Below the pieces are notes generated by a model. That model saw nothing but the letters and a program-made list of their open reading frames with translations, made no database searches and was not told where the DNA came from. A stretch of DNA of 64,000 bases, taken from a virus (lineage: Duplodnaviria; Caudoviricetes). Both the position numbers and the translations under genes were made by a program. This document shows positions 45,542-55,453 of this stretch, in pieces (positions within the stretch are counted from its first letter, which is position 1; the number at the start of each line of letters is the position of its first letter). Location of the stretch: positions 96,001 through 160,000 of IMG/VR virus record IMGVR_UViG_3300035698_013504; one strand, 5' to 3'.

Positions 45542-46123
45542 GTGGAAGTTCAAGTCTTAGCAAAGCACGACATCATCACAGATGGCGGGTTGTACATAGC
45601 GGACACGGGCGCCACAGGTGTGGCGTTTGGTGACACGGCCCCTACCCAGGCACAGAATATCGGTAGGGTTGCGGTGCAGTGGGCCGGTAAGAGTCGTATC
45701 TACTGGGTTGATGCAGAAGACCTCGTAGTACCCGACGGCCTAGACCCAGAGGATCTCGTGTCACAGCCTTCGAGTAAAGTATGTCTTAGTCTGCCTAAGT
45801 ACCCGCCATCTTCGTTTCATTTTGGCACGAGCCTTCGGATGTTTCGTAAGGCGAGAGGCCTTGGCCAGAGTGCCCTGGCTGACAAGATGGGTGGTACTAC
45901 GGGCCAGACAACCATTTCATTCTGGGAGAGGAAGGCGCATTGTCCGTCCGGCGAGTTCATCAAAGCAGTAGCTAACGCGCTGGATGTTCCGCCGTTCTTC
46001 TTCCTTGTGAGTAACAGTGACGCTGACGAGTCCGAACAGGAGCAGTTCATGGAAAATCTTTGTGAGAGTATTTCGGACGGCCTTGAGTGTCTACAACGCC
46101 TAAGGTCTCAAGTTTGTGGCTAA
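45542..46123 (+). CDS. XRE-family HTH regulator with an extra N-terminal domain
   Basis: FGTSLRMFRKARGLGQSALADKMG...TTISFWERK..PS; SD ggagg before GTG 45542. Confidence 0.8.
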   Translation: MEVQVLAKHDIITDGGLYIADTGATGVAFGDTAPTQAQNIGRVAVQWAGKSRIYWVDAEDLVVPDGLDPEDLVSQPSSKVCLSLPKYPPSSFHFGTSLRMFRKARGLGQSALADKMGGTTGQTTISFWERKAHCPSGEFIKAVANALDVPPFFFLVSNSDADESEQEQFMENLCESISDGLECLQRLRSQVCG

Positions 46124-46613
46124 CTTCTTTGAAGGGTTCGCCGATAAAGCAGCCCGCAGCGAGATTGACAGGCTAGACGTTTATGGCGTCAAGACCGTGC
46201 GCAGGATGCTTAAAGCCATGGGGGCAACTGATGCAGAACGTAAGGCCATCGAGTACAATTTAGGACCTGAGTACGCGATAGCTGACTTCTGTGAGCAGAT
46301 GGCTTTCCCCGTTCTTCTCATACCTTGTAAGGTTGAGCCTTTTCCGTTCCACAGGCTTGCCACCGCGTTCATTAAGACACCCGTGTATGACAGTCTTAGT
46401 GACGTTATCAGTTCCCTAGGCAGCGCTACGCGTGTCGGCATTGTCTTCTCCGCGTGGAGGAAACACTGGGTGGCACACACGTACTGGGAGGTTGTAGAAG
46501 TCCCCGGACACTCTCAGATGCGACGATGCGGTAAGACCGAGGGTATAGGTATGGTAGTTGAACTTGTTGACGGGTTCGCAAAAGCCGTCAGAACAGCGTG
46601 GAGTTACGAATGA
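46116..46613 (+). CDS. hypothetical protein (165 aa)
   Basis: Overlapping start/stop junctions on both sides. Confidence 0.6.
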   Translation: MANFFEGFADKAARSEIDRLDVYGVKTVRRMLKAMGATDAERKAIEYNLGPEYAIADFCEQMAFPVLLIPCKVEPFPFHRLATAFIKTPVYDSLSDVISSLGSATRVGIVFSAWRKHWVAHTYWEVVEVPGHSQMRRCGKTEGIGMVVELVDGFAKAVRTAWSYE

Positions 46614-47062
46614 GTAACTTACGACCAGAGAAACAATACTCTGAGCCGGACATTCGGGTCAAAGACCTGATAGAGTTCGGGAAGGAGCTAATCGATAAAG
46701 GCGTCTCGGAGAAGACGCGTACGAAGTTCGCCCGACTCGCCGTAAAGCCGCCCATGGTCCGTCTTGCGATAAATCAACGTTCCCTAATAACATGTCTTTC
46801 GGGTACCAACAATTATCGTGACGTACTGATGGCTGGGCTTACCGAAGAGGAGAGGCAAGCTCTCGTTGAGCTGGACCTTCGAGGCGTCTCGTTACGGAGT
46901 CGCGAGATCGCGCATGGGTTACTTAATGTCCATGAGCGGTGGATGGTAGCCAGACGGATCGGCCCTGTCTTTCAAAGGGCTAGGTCACGTCGGCACGCGT
47001 ATGTAAATTTGCACCAGATGTTTGAACCGGAAGATTTTGATGGAGTAGATCATGAGCCCTAA
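46610..47062 (+). CDS. hypothetical protein
   Basis: ATGA overlap at 46610. Confidence 0.6.
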   Translation: MSNLRPEKQYSEPDIRVKDLIEFGKELIDKGVSEKTRTKFARLAVKPPMVRLAINQRSLITCLSGTNNYRDVLMAGLTEEERQALVELDLRGVSLRSREIAHGLLNVHERWMVARRIGPVFQRARSRRHAYVNLHQMFEPEDFDGVDHEP

Positions 47063-48305
47063 ATTCGTTACTGGAGGCATCATGCTGCGGGGTCGTAGGA
47101 CTCCTGCGGAAATTCTTGAGGAGCTAGAACGTCAGAAGGCATCGGTGAAGGATTACGTGTTGAGTACCTCCGATGTTTCCTTTATGACACACCCCGTTAC
47201 GGGCGACCTGACCTTTGTGCTAGACATTGATGACGGCGATTTCCCCGAGCGGCTTTGTATGCCTCTCAACTCAAGGACGCATGCGCAGATTGCTCAGTAT
47301 GTCGGCCTACCTATGCGATCCGGGCTTTACAAGCGGTTCCGCACAGGCTCGTCGACGAATGAGCATCTCTATTATGAGACGTGGGCGATGCTTTACAACG
47401 AGGTTCTTCACAAAGAACCGTCGAGGCGGTTGTTTCGTACGGTAGAGGACAGCGGCGGTAACCGGTACCTTAGGGCATTCTTGTCCAACCGTTACATGAT
47501 TATCGACAACGCCGATGTCTTCTTTGCAGCGGCCGACGCGCTTGAGAATGTAGGCGCCGAGATCGTTCACGCGCGCCTTGACGACGATCACTTTCACATC
47601 TACGCCGTCGCGCCTGGCATTTGTGCTCAGGTGTCCCCGGACAGAGTGTTCACGGATGCAGACGGTAAGCGCGTCCGGTGGTCAGGCGATAAGGCCGACG
47701 TGCTTAACGCAGCGATCAGCATCTCCAACTCCGAAACCGGAGAAGGCCAGTGTGAGATCCGACCTGCTATCTTCCGCAGTGTTTCACAGACGTACTCAGT
47801 GTGGGACAGTGTTCTGTCCAAGAGGCACGCAGGCGGCACCGATGCCGCAGACGCTGCGATGCTGACGGACGATACTCGTAGGAAGAAGAACGACGTGTTC
47901 TACAGCGAGATCAAGGACTGGGTTGCTGGTACGTTTACACCGGAGACGCTCGAGAAGTACATCAAGATAGTTGAAGGCGCCGCGGTTGACGAGGTTGTTG
48001 ACCCCATAGCCGCCGTTGAAGGTTTGCGTGTTACATACGATATCACTGACGACCGGAAGGACGCTATCCGCGACCGGTTCCTTCGTCAGGGTGACAGAAG
48101 TCGATACGGGCTGGCTCAGGCTATTATGGATGAGTCTGCTGGTGACTTGGCGCCTTCGGAAGGCACCAACCTTGAGCGTATTAGTGCTAAGGTCCTGGAA
48201 ATCACCACGTCGGAAGAGCTTGCACACGTTGGACGTCGTGAGATCAAATCTCGTGAGAGTAAGGTACCGGCAACAGCAGTCGCTGTTGGCGATTTAGACA
48301 TTTAA
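47052..48305 (+). CDS. DUF932-like phage/plasmid protein
   Basis: RAFLSNRY.IIDN.DVF and ISISNSETGEG...I.P..FR motifs. Confidence 0.7.
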   Translation: MSPKFVTGGIMLRGRRTPAEILEELERQKASVKDYVLSTSDVSFMTHPVTGDLTFVLDIDDGDFPERLCMPLNSRTHAQIAQYVGLPMRSGLYKRFRTGSSTNEHLYYETWAMLYNEVLHKEPSRRLFRTVEDSGGNRYLRAFLSNRYMIIDNADVFFAAADALENVGAEIVHARLDDDHFHIYAVAPGICAQVSPDRVFTDADGKRVRWSGDKADVLNAAISISNSETGEGQCEIRPAIFRSVSQTYSVWDSVLSKRHAGGTDAADAAMLTDDTRRKKNDVFYSEIKDWVAGTFTPETLEKYIKIVEGAAVDEVVDPIAAVEGLRVTYDITDDRKDAIRDRFLRQGDRSRYGLAQAIMDESAGDLAPSEGTNLERISAKVLEITTSEELAHVGRREIKSRESKVPATAVAVGDLDI

Positions 48306-48316
48306 GGAGAAGCAAG

Positions 48317-49006
48317 ATGGCGAAGGCGGCAACACCAGAGAAGACGGGCGCAGCACTCGTGAAGGCAGGCGAGGCGCGGTACGCATCAGTTGTGAAGGAG
48401 TTCCAAGGCCGGTTCACCAAGCTGTCCAAAGGCGTGCTTCAGATCTACTGGGACATCGGTATCCACCTGACCTCCCTGACGGACAAGCCCGGGTACTTCG
48501 GGTCTCATACGGTTGGCGACATCGGTAGAGACCTCAATCTCTCCGGCGAGACGCTTCGTGCGGCCATGCGGTTTAACCGCGCCTACACCAAGGTGCAGCT
48601 GGCTGGGCTTCAGTCCAGGCGTATCAGTTGGCACAACACAATCATCCTGTTGGCGGTTGACAACGTCGAGAAGCGTACAGAGATGGAGACGGACCTGGCC
48701 TCAGGTAAGTTGAAGTCTAAGGACCTGCCTGAGATGGTCAAGAAGATCACCACGGCGGAGCGAGAGGCCAACCCGGACAAGTCTCGTAGAGGTGGCAGCC
48801 CCCCAACTACCGTACTGCGTCAGGCGTCGAAGCTTTCGTCGTCGCTCGGGGACTTCCTTGGCGGCGAAGTGACACAAGCTCTCAAGGCTTTCGAGAAGAT
48901 GGACGCTGAGAAGAGTGAGAAGGCCGCGGAGTACCGTAAGGACCTGAAGCGAGGCCTGACGGTCTTGGCCAGGAAGGTATCTGGCGCCCTCTCGTACTTC
49001 GATTAG
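48317..49006 (+). CDS. DUF1016/YhcG N-terminal-like DNA-binding protein
   Basis: YWDIG..L, L..AMRFNRAY and ISWHNTIILL motifs; SD aaggag. Confidence 0.55.
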   Translation: MAKAATPEKTGAALVKAGEARYASVVKEFQGRFTKLSKGVLQIYWDIGIHLTSLTDKPGYFGSHTVGDIGRDLNLSGETLRAAMRFNRAYTKVQLAGLQSRRISWHNTIILLAVDNVEKRTEMETDLASGKLKSKDLPEMVKKITTAEREANPDKSRRGGSPPTTVLRQASKLSSSLGDFLGGEVTQALKAFEKMDAEKSEKAAEYRKDLKRGLTVLARKVSGALSYFD

Positions 49007-49026
49007 TCGTTACCGGCACGTATCAT

Positions 49027-49066
49027 GAGGTCGGCGCTCTAATCGGCGTCGGCCTCTTTCGTTTTT
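49027..49066 (+). terminator. Rho-independent terminator
   Basis: gaggtcggcgc/gcgtcggcctc stem (G-U pairs) followed by tttcgttttt. Confidence 0.75.
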
Positions 49067-49079
49067 ACACGGAGTTGTT

Positions 49080-49502
49080 ATGGCCACATGGGAAAAAGAC
49101 GGACAGACTCAGATTCATTGTTCTAACTGCGGCACCATCTCCCCGCTTGACGCATGTTTCTTGTACCGCGCAGGATTTGGAGGAATAACCGCGGGGAGCG
49201 TAATGGATGTGGATAGGCTTGAATGTCCGTGCTGTCTGCAGATCATCGATGAAGACGCAAAGGTAACGATGGCCGATCACGATTACGTTTACGCTTCCAT
49301 AAAATCGGCCGGGGAGACGCTTATCAACCTAGCGCGCGCACATCACGGTCATGGTGTACGAAGGGTACTGCTTGCCCAAGACCCCGAGCAGCCTGGCAAG
49401 TGGTGTGTGACTATTGACAGTGAGCATACGCACGAGGTGTATCCTCTAGACATTCCGCCCCCGCCCGAGCACCCGGAGCTTGCGAGGCCAGATGGTAATT
49501 AA
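49080..49502 (+). CDS. Zn-ribbon hypothetical protein (140 aa)
   Basis: CSNCG...CPCC; SD ggag. Confidence 0.65.
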   Translation: MATWEKDGQTQIHCSNCGTISPLDACFLYRAGFGGITAGSVMDVDRLECPCCLQIIDEDAKVTMADHDYVYASIKSAGETLINLARAHHGHGVRRVLLAQDPEQPGKWCVTIDSEHTHEVYPLDIPPPPEHPELARPDGN

Positions 49503-49872
49503 CGTTGACAAAGATGACGAGCTTGGCTCCTTCACGTACGAGGTGCCGATTGTCGCGTCACTACAATTCCGCACGCGGAGGGAACTCCAACCGGCGGACA
49601 TCAATATGGTTTTAGAAATAGTACGCAGAGAGCTCGACAAACGCACGATGCACCCGATGGAAATCATGTTGGCCCACGGTGTAGATCCAGCTCAGGCTGC
49701 TCATCGTGTCAGAGCTCTATGTATGCCATCATGGTATGATTATCCAGGTGAGGACCCGCCGGGCGGTAACCTGGATGTGCAGGCGGCCGTAGTTAATCTT
49801 CGTCTCCAGGAGGAAGATAAGGATGTCTACTCAGGATCAGTGGTGGACGGACACGACATACCTCCAGTTTAG
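49492..49872 (+). CDS. hypothetical protein
   Basis: Probable start ATG 49492. Confidence 0.55.
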   Translation: MVINVDKDDELGSFTYEVPIVASLQFRTRRELQPADINMVLEIVRRELDKRTMHPMEIMLAHGVDPAQAAHRVRALCMPSWYDYPGEDPPGGNLDVQAAVVNLRLQEEDKDVYSGSVVDGHDIPPV

Positions 49873-50218
49873 CGCACACGTTCGTGTGAGCTACGAAGGT
49901 GTTGGCAATGGCCGCCGATGTTTTTGGCTGAAGGATTGTGACGGACGCAGGGCACGGGTGCTCGATGTTTTACAAGTCGAGCATACGCTACCCATCGAGA
50001 TCCTTGGCGGTTTACGCTTCCAGGGGTATGACCATAAGATTGACGAAGGGACAGGGCATCTGATGCTCCAGCCCTGTGAAGGTGGCGAGTGGGTAGACCA
50101 CGGCCCGTGGGATCAGTATGAGAAGGATAACGACATCAGTAAGAAGACTACACCTATCAATTTGAGTCGTAAACTCTCTACCCGTAAAGCTATCGAGGAG
50201 GCGCCTCTAGATCTTTGA
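49823..50218 (+). CDS. hypothetical protein (131 aa)
   Basis: ATG after ggaagataagg. Confidence 0.55.
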   Translation: MSTQDQWWTDTTYLQFSAHVRVSYEGVGNGRRCFWLKDCDGRRARVLDVLQVEHTLPIEILGGLRFQGYDHKIDEGTGHLMLQPCEGGEWVDHGPWDQYEKDNDISKKTTPINLSRKLSTRKAIEEAPLDL

Positions 50219-50230
50219 GGCAAAAGTCTG

Positions 50231-50260
50231 TTGACATTTAAGCGACAGAGCTGGTAAACT
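50231..50260 (+). promoter_or_regulatory. sigma70-type promoter TTGACA-N18-TAAACT
   Basis: Intergenic, upstream of the radical SAM gene (the true start is probably downstream of 50260). Confidence 0.55.
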
Positions 50261-51321
50261 TGTCACAACATAACTTGGAAGTGGGCTATCGCATGCATCA
50301 AAATGAAATCCCGTTTACACCTAGAGTACCTCGCGCTGCGATACGTAAGTCGTACGCGAGTCCGGGGAGTAAGTTCATATCCGATCATGTTCCAAAGCAC
50401 CCAGAGATACCTTGCCACAAGTATTCAATACTGCACCAGTCTTACGGTTGTCCGGCCCGATGCGCGTATTGTTACCTGGTAGGGATCCTACAGAAGAAGA
50501 CGTTCCCCACGTACTACACCAACTTCGACCGCATGGTACAAGACGTAGAGACGTGGATGGCGCAGCACAAAAGTCCAGCAATTCTTAACGCAGGGGCGCT
50601 TTCAGATTCATTCAGTACATCAATGCAATGGCTAAAGCACATTGCCCCCCTCTTCGCCGAGCAGGATAAGCACACCCTTGTCCTCGTCACCAAAGGCTGG
50701 AACGCGAAGTGTACCGATATGCCCTGGGAGCTCAGGTGGCTTACAGAGCGTTACACGTGGCAGCAGCGATCAAAGATCCTCGTTGTCTATTCCCTCAATG
50801 CCCCCGATGTCACGATGATGTACGAGTCCGGTACTCCGATGTTGAAGGACCGGCTTGAACAGTCTTTTGAGTTGTGGCGAAGCGGGTGGCGTATGCGATT
50901 CCGTATCGACCCGATGATACCCGTGCCCAGCTGGAAAGAGCAGTACCGTCTTCTGGCTTGGCAACTCGGTGAGCTTGCAGGTTCGAGATCAGCGCTTCAG
51001 GACGACGGCGACCTGCATGGTGACCCAAAGTTTTGGAAGGCGTTTCCCTACCCTGAGCGTATTACACTCGGAGCTCTGCGCGGCACGAAGTCGCTGATCA
51101 CACTCTGTGATGAACGCAAGTGGCCGTACGAGCTTGATGAAGACTCGAAACTTGAGGATGGCAAGCTGAGGATCGCTGGCGCTGTTCGTGCCAGGATGTT
51201 TCAGCACATGCAGTTTCACCTCAGAAAGGCTTTACCGTCTATACCCGTTGCGCTATGCAAGGAGCCGGTAGAGCTGTGCAAGTCGTTCTCGAAACGACTA
51301 GAGTGTGTCTGCGTACCATAG
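50260..51321 (+). CDS. spore photoproduct lyase-like radical SAM protein
   Basis: GCPARCAYCYL (CxxxCxxC), LNAGALSDS, VTK, YSLN, RFRIDPMIP, ITLG, ALCKE. Confidence 0.8.
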   Translation: MSQHNLEVGYRMHQNEIPFTPRVPRAAIRKSYASPGSKFISDHVPKHPEIPCHKYSILHQSYGCPARCAYCYLVGILQKKTFPTYYTNFDRMVQDVETWMAQHKSPAILNAGALSDSFSTSMQWLKHIAPLFAEQDKHTLVLVTKGWNAKCTDMPWELRWLTERYTWQQRSKILVVYSLNAPDVTMMYESGTPMLKDRLEQSFELWRSGWRMRFRIDPMIPVPSWKEQYRLLAWQLGELAGSRSALQDDGDLHGDPKFWKAFPYPERITLGALRGTKSLITLCDERKWPYELDEDSKLEDGKLRIAGAVRARMFQHMQFHLRKALPSIPVALCKEPVELCKSFSKRLECVCVP

Positions 51322-51327
51322 GGCTAT

Positions 51328-51669
51328 ATGTTACTACAAAGCGAGAGACGCGACAGGCTATGTTTGGGCGGGTGCAGTCAGATATTTGACAGCGTAGGTC
51401 GGGGTAATCGCGTCTGTAAGGCCTGCGCCCGCAGGCATGCACGTGAGCCCTCGCCGCCCAAGTCTCATAGTGTCTCTGGTAGTAGTAGGAGCCCCATGGC
51501 TACTGACTCCCAGTCAGTATTCCTCGGGTCTGGCGCGTCTAAGGCGCCTAGTTCCGTTAATGGGAAGACCACGAAGTCTAAGGCGCCGCGAAAGTGTAAG
51601 CAACCCCCTGTGAAACGCACACGTAAGGCCAGACCGCTGTTGCAAGATACCGGCGCGCTGGATTTTTGA
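51328..51669 (+). CDS. small Zn-finger protein (R.CL..C...F.S.G.GNR.C..C) with a basic tail
   Basis: Motif read from the translation. Confidence 0.6.
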   Translation: MLLQSERRDRLCLGGCSQIFDSVGRGNRVCKACARRHAREPSPPKSHSVSGSSRSPMATDSQSVFLGSGASKAPSSVNGKTTKSKAPRKCKQPPVKRTRKARPLLQDTGALDF

Positions 51670-51681
51670 GGAGATGTTGTT

Positions 51682-52335
51682 GTGATTATAGCCTCTACGA
51701 CTAAAGGAATCGTTTTCCGATTTGAGTGCGCCGACGAGGTAGACAGGCTTTGGCACGATCTGAAGCACCTGTACGACTGGTCATGCCAGAAGTCTAGGAA
51801 CGCGCCGTCGGGGTATGAGCCGCCGCTGGTCTTCTGTATTCAGCATTCCGATATACCTGAGGATGTATCTGGAGATCTGCTGAGACTCGGCAAGTCAGTG
51901 CTCGTCTCAGAGTCTTCCGAGGGCGCGCGTCTTGTACTGGTGACGACCCCGTCGGGGTTTTCAGTCAGGTTTCGTAACGCGCAGGACTTGAAGACTGTGT
52001 GGACCACTCTGGAGCGTATGGCTCGTGAGGGTAAACGCTCTGAGAAGCAGAAGTCCGAAGAGAGTCATGTCCTTGTTTACATCGTTCACGAGGACGGCCT
52101 TCCCCAGGAGGACCTAGACGATCTATTCGATGTCGGAAAAAGTCTTGCCCCATGGGAGTCTTCGGTTGTCAGATACGACCCCTCGGAGAGTAACACCATA
52201 CCGGGCATACCGGTGCCAACACTAGGAGAGAGACAGAGTGCCCCGCAAATCGAAGGGTTCAAAGTTATCCAAGGCGGACAAAGCAAAGAGACTCAAGCTT
52301 ATCAAAGCCCGCCACCAGATATTCCTGAAGCTTAA
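51682..52335 (+). CDS. hypothetical protein with an internal duplication
   Basis: GIVFRFECADEVDRLW...YEPPLVFCIQHSDIP repeats as GFSVRFRNAQDLKTVW...HVLVYIVHEDGLP. Confidence 0.65.
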   Translation: MIIASTTKGIVFRFECADEVDRLWHDLKHLYDWSCQKSRNAPSGYEPPLVFCIQHSDIPEDVSGDLLRLGKSVLVSESSEGARLVLVTTPSGFSVRFRNAQDLKTVWTTLERMAREGKRSEKQKSEESHVLVYIVHEDGLPQEDLDDLFDVGKSLAPWESSVVRYDPSESNTIPGIPVPTLGERQSAPQIEGFKVIQGGQSKETQAYQSPPPDIPEA

Positions 52336-52499
52336 TCAAGAAGTAGAGCCGCCGCTGGACGACGTCGAGAAGCCCGAATGTGTCTACGTCGACGACGGAC
52401 TAAGCGACGAGGACCTGATGGAGGACGCGCGTACTGTGTAATTGTTACAGCTGTGCCTGACGTTTCGGGCGCAGCTGTTGTTTATTGTGGAGACTACAG

Positions 52500-53249
52500 A
52501 TGCATGAGACGGAACAAAGGTATGACGTGTACGCGTGTGAAATTGTGCACGTTAAGATTGAGGGTGTTGTAGCCCCGTCTATGGAGCGGGCTATCGAGCT
52601 GGCCTCTCGAAGGTATGACGCTCACCAGCTGTTTGGCTATGCCCCCACGGACGGCTATGTCAGATACACCAAGTGGGCTGAGGAGACCGATGGGTTTTTA
52701 GTCGATGCCGTGAACGATGACGGGTCCATACAGTCTCAGTGGTTCCATGGCGACGGGAAGACACGTGTAGCCGCGTGGATGCCCAGCACAAAGGCAGAGA
52801 CCCAGGACCTCATCGAGGTTGCGAGCGGCGCGAAGATGACACCGGACTTCATTGGTGACACTACCCCAGTTACCCAGTGCGACCTTATCGGGCACTACAA
52901 GGCCATGTATGAGGAAGTGCTACAAAGGTACGACGAGGTGGCGCAAGTCTTTGATCTCTCGACCGAGCTGTGCCCCACGATTAACGCCGCCCCGTGGACG
53001 CCGGAGCAGCTCCGCGAGTTTGCCGACTTCAACAACTATGTTGACGGGTTCGTTGAGGTCGACCTCAATGACCTTATCAGTAACGATCTGGAGGAGGTGC
53101 TTGACACCCTCTCAGTGAAGTTAACAGGCTCGTCTTTGCTTATGGACATTACCTATAAGGTCGTAGGCGGCTCATACGAACGAGGCACGGTATTCATGCG
53201 TGTCTCCGGTGACGCGACGGATATTTTGGAGGAGGCTTCAGGTGAGTGA
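52500..53249 (+). CDS. multi-domain hypothetical protein
   Basis: Long acidic ORF; probable start ATG 52500. Confidence 0.6.
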   Translation: MHETEQRYDVYACEIVHVKIEGVVAPSMERAIELASRRYDAHQLFGYAPTDGYVRYTKWAEETDGFLVDAVNDDGSIQSQWFHGDGKTRVAAWMPSTKAETQDLIEVASGAKMTPDFIGDTTPVTQCDLIGHYKAMYEEVLQRYDEVAQVFDLSTELCPTINAAPWTPEQLREFADFNNYVDGFVEVDLNDLISNDLEEVLDTLSVKLTGSSLLMDITYKVVGGSYERGTVFMRVSGDATDILEEASGE

Positions 53250-53673
53250 CTACTATCAGATATGGGGTTCGTTGAGAGTGAACCCGTTTGAAGGTATGCA
53301 CGCGTTTCTCGACGACATGATTGATGAAGATGGTCCGTGCGCCTCGATTTCGGAGGTGCTTACGGACCATACAGTTCTCGTTGACATCACATACTCAAGT
53401 TTCGGTAGTCCTGAGACGGCGGAAGAGTTTGACGCCAAAATTCTCACGTTGGGCTTACACGCCGCCGAGTCGTCCGTATTCGAGTTCAATTATGACGGCG
53501 AGGAGGGGCACATAACTGCAGGCCCTTCTAATACAGCTAATGCCGCGGCGTTTTCCACCTGGACACTGGGTCGCATTATGGCCCTCACCCCCGATTTGAG
53601 GGGTGAAGATAGAAGGAGAGCAGCAAATGCCTGTCTCGGACAAGAGGGTTCAGATTCCCAAGTCAGCGGTTGA
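53242..53673 (+). CDS. hypothetical protein
   Basis: GTG 53242 after ggaggagg. Confidence 0.55.
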   Translation: MSDYYQIWGSLRVNPFEGMHAFLDDMIDEDGPCASISEVLTDHTVLVDITYSSFGSPETAEEFDAKILTLGLHAAESSVFEFNYDGEEGHITAGPSNTANAAAFSTWTLGRIMALTPDLRGEDRRRAANACLGQEGSDSQVSG

Positions 53674-53905
53674 AGATGTCATTAAGGGTCTCCGCGTGGA
53701 GCTCGACCGTCGTACGAAGGAGAAAGGCGCCGGAGCGTTCCTATCAACGCACGAAGTACTTGGCGTCGTAAGTGAGGAGTTTCACGAGTTGGAACATGCG
53801 GTACGGAGTAACCGGCTGAAGGATGTCCACAACGAGCTTGTCGACATTGCTGTCGCGTGTATCTTTGGCGTTGCGTGTATCCAGGAAGAAAGGATGGACT
53901 GGTAA
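53627..53905 (+). CDS. MazG-like all-alpha NTP pyrophosphohydrolase
   Basis: VSEEFHELEHAV...NELVDIAVAC; SD aaggag. Confidence 0.7.
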   Translation: MPVSDKRVQIPKSAVEDVIKGLRVELDRRTKEKGAGAFLSTHEVLGVVSEEFHELEHAVRSNRLKDVHNELVDIAVACIFGVACIQEERMDW

Positions 53906-54870
53906 TGGGCGCTGACATGCTTGGAATTACCATTAGTTGGCCGCTCGGCAAAACCCGAGAGGTCACTAACAGGAACGTTGACTGGCTGTTTAGCGTAGCG
54001 GCGGACCGTATCCCAGAGCTTACTGAAGACGACCTAGAGTACTTCTTTGATCACTGTTGGCATACTGACACCCAAGAGGTTGAAGGTTTGCCGCGGGATG
54101 AGATCGAGCGTGAGCTAAAGGATATCAGAGAGTCGCTGACTGTGTCGTTGCGGGAGGTTAAGTCTGCAGCGGATGGCCATCATCGTTACGCCTTCCTCGA
54201 TGTTGTTGGTGACCGAGAGGTTCTCTTCGCAGGCGGGCTGTCATGGGGTGACGAGCCGAACGAGTTGTACACCCACATGAACAACGTTGTTACGGCCGGT
54301 CTTTTTGACCAAGACTCTCCCAAGAGCTACGAGGAACATCTCTCCGAGTCGTACGTTGAGTCGGACGGCAATTGCCCAATCTGTGGCGATAGTGATATAG
54401 TTGGTGACAGCCTTAACGTGGACACGCAGTGCGTTACGCAAGAAATCTTCTGCAGCAACTGCGAGTCGAGATGGTACGATTTCTACAAGTTGCAGGGTTT
54501 GTTCAACCTGCATATCTGTGAGGAGGACGGTGACGTGAGTGAGAATCTTTCAGAGATCCCGGATCGGGAGTTTAACCTGGAGCACGCTGAAGGCACGCTA
54601 TTTGGTGTGCGCCTCAGGGGTAATGCTGACGGTAAGGACGCGGTCCGTGACGTAACTCGCGAGGACGCGATGGCGAGAGCTGTCGTAGCCAACAGCATCG
54701 CGAAACTTAGGCCGGAGTTGAAGGACAAGCTTCTCAACCAGGTTGGTATGATCATCGACGCGTGTAACAAGTCGCGCAAGCTTAACAACATGACGCCGTA
54801 CCAGTCTTCGTTTGTCCAGGCGATCCTTGCGGAGCGCGAGGATGAACGTATTGATGCTAAGCGCAAATAG
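53905..54870 (+). CDS. multi-domain hypothetical protein with a CPICG..CSNC Zn ribbon
   Basis: TAATG overlap; long ORF. Confidence 0.65.
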   Translation: MGADMLGITISWPLGKTREVTNRNVDWLFSVAADRIPELTEDDLEYFFDHCWHTDTQEVEGLPRDEIERELKDIRESLTVSLREVKSAADGHHRYAFLDVVGDREVLFAGGLSWGDEPNELYTHMNNVVTAGLFDQDSPKSYEEHLSESYVESDGNCPICGDSDIVGDSLNVDTQCVTQEIFCSNCESRWYDFYKLQGLFNLHICEEDGDVSENLSEIPDREFNLEHAEGTLFGVRLRGNADGKDAVRDVTREDAMARAVVANSIAKLRPELKDKLLNQVGMIIDACNKSRKLNNMTPYQSSFVQAILAEREDERIDAKRK

Positions 54871-54889
54871 CCCTGTTCGTAATTTACCC

Positions 54890-54931
54890 AAAGCCGCGCG
54901 GTCCCTATAAACGGGTCGCGCGGTTTTCTTT
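54890..54931 (+). terminator. Rho-independent terminator
   Basis: aaagccgcgcggtcc/gggtcgcgcggtttt stem followed by cttt. Confidence 0.7.
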
Positions 54932-54943
54932 GGAGATATACGT

Positions 54944-55453
54944 ATGAGCGTTGCAAGACCTGACTGGCCGGACCACGACTTTTCCGTTGCGTCCATCAAG
55001 AGCTTTATGGGGATGGACACGCTTGGCTACAACTGTTCTCTCCGCTGGGGCAATAAGAAGGTTGCTGATGTTGTCAACGACGGTAGTGGTGGAGAAACCA
55101 TAATCAGCTGGGCGCGGAACGATAACGCTGTTGCGGCCCGAGAGGCGGCGGAAGAATTGGTTACCAGACTTCCAGACCTTCCTCCTTTCGGTGGCTTTAA
55201 GGGGTCGTTGCCGATCGATTCCGCTGAGTTCTTTGTTGACCTCATCTATGAGGATGCGGAGCAGGTGAAAGAGTACAGACGTATTACCAAGAGCGACAAG
55301 CGCGTAGCGTTCCGCCTCATTGGTGATACGGAGGGCGAGTACCGCCTATACAGTATCCCGTATACGAAGGAGTTTGCAGAAAAGCTTCGCGCTAAGCACG
55401 GCGATGAGCTGGAGTGCATCCTTAACGAGAGTCCCCTATTGGAGGCAGCGTAA
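54944..55453 (+). CDS. hypothetical protein (169 aa)
   Basis: SD ggag; VADVVNDGSGG motif. Confidence 0.65.
   Translation: MSVARPDWPDHDFSVASIKSFMGMDTLGYNCSLRWGNKKVADVVNDGSGGETIISWARNDNAVAAREAAEELVTRLPDLPPFGGFKGSLPIDSAEFFVDLIYEDAEQVKEYRRITKSDKRVAFRLIGDTEGEYRLYSIPYTKEFAEKLRAKHGDELECILNESPLLEAA

Noticed and set aside
52238-52441. 67-aa ORF bridging two genes
   Set aside because: Half overlaps the upstream gene, with no clear SD or motif; cannot be supported as a gene.
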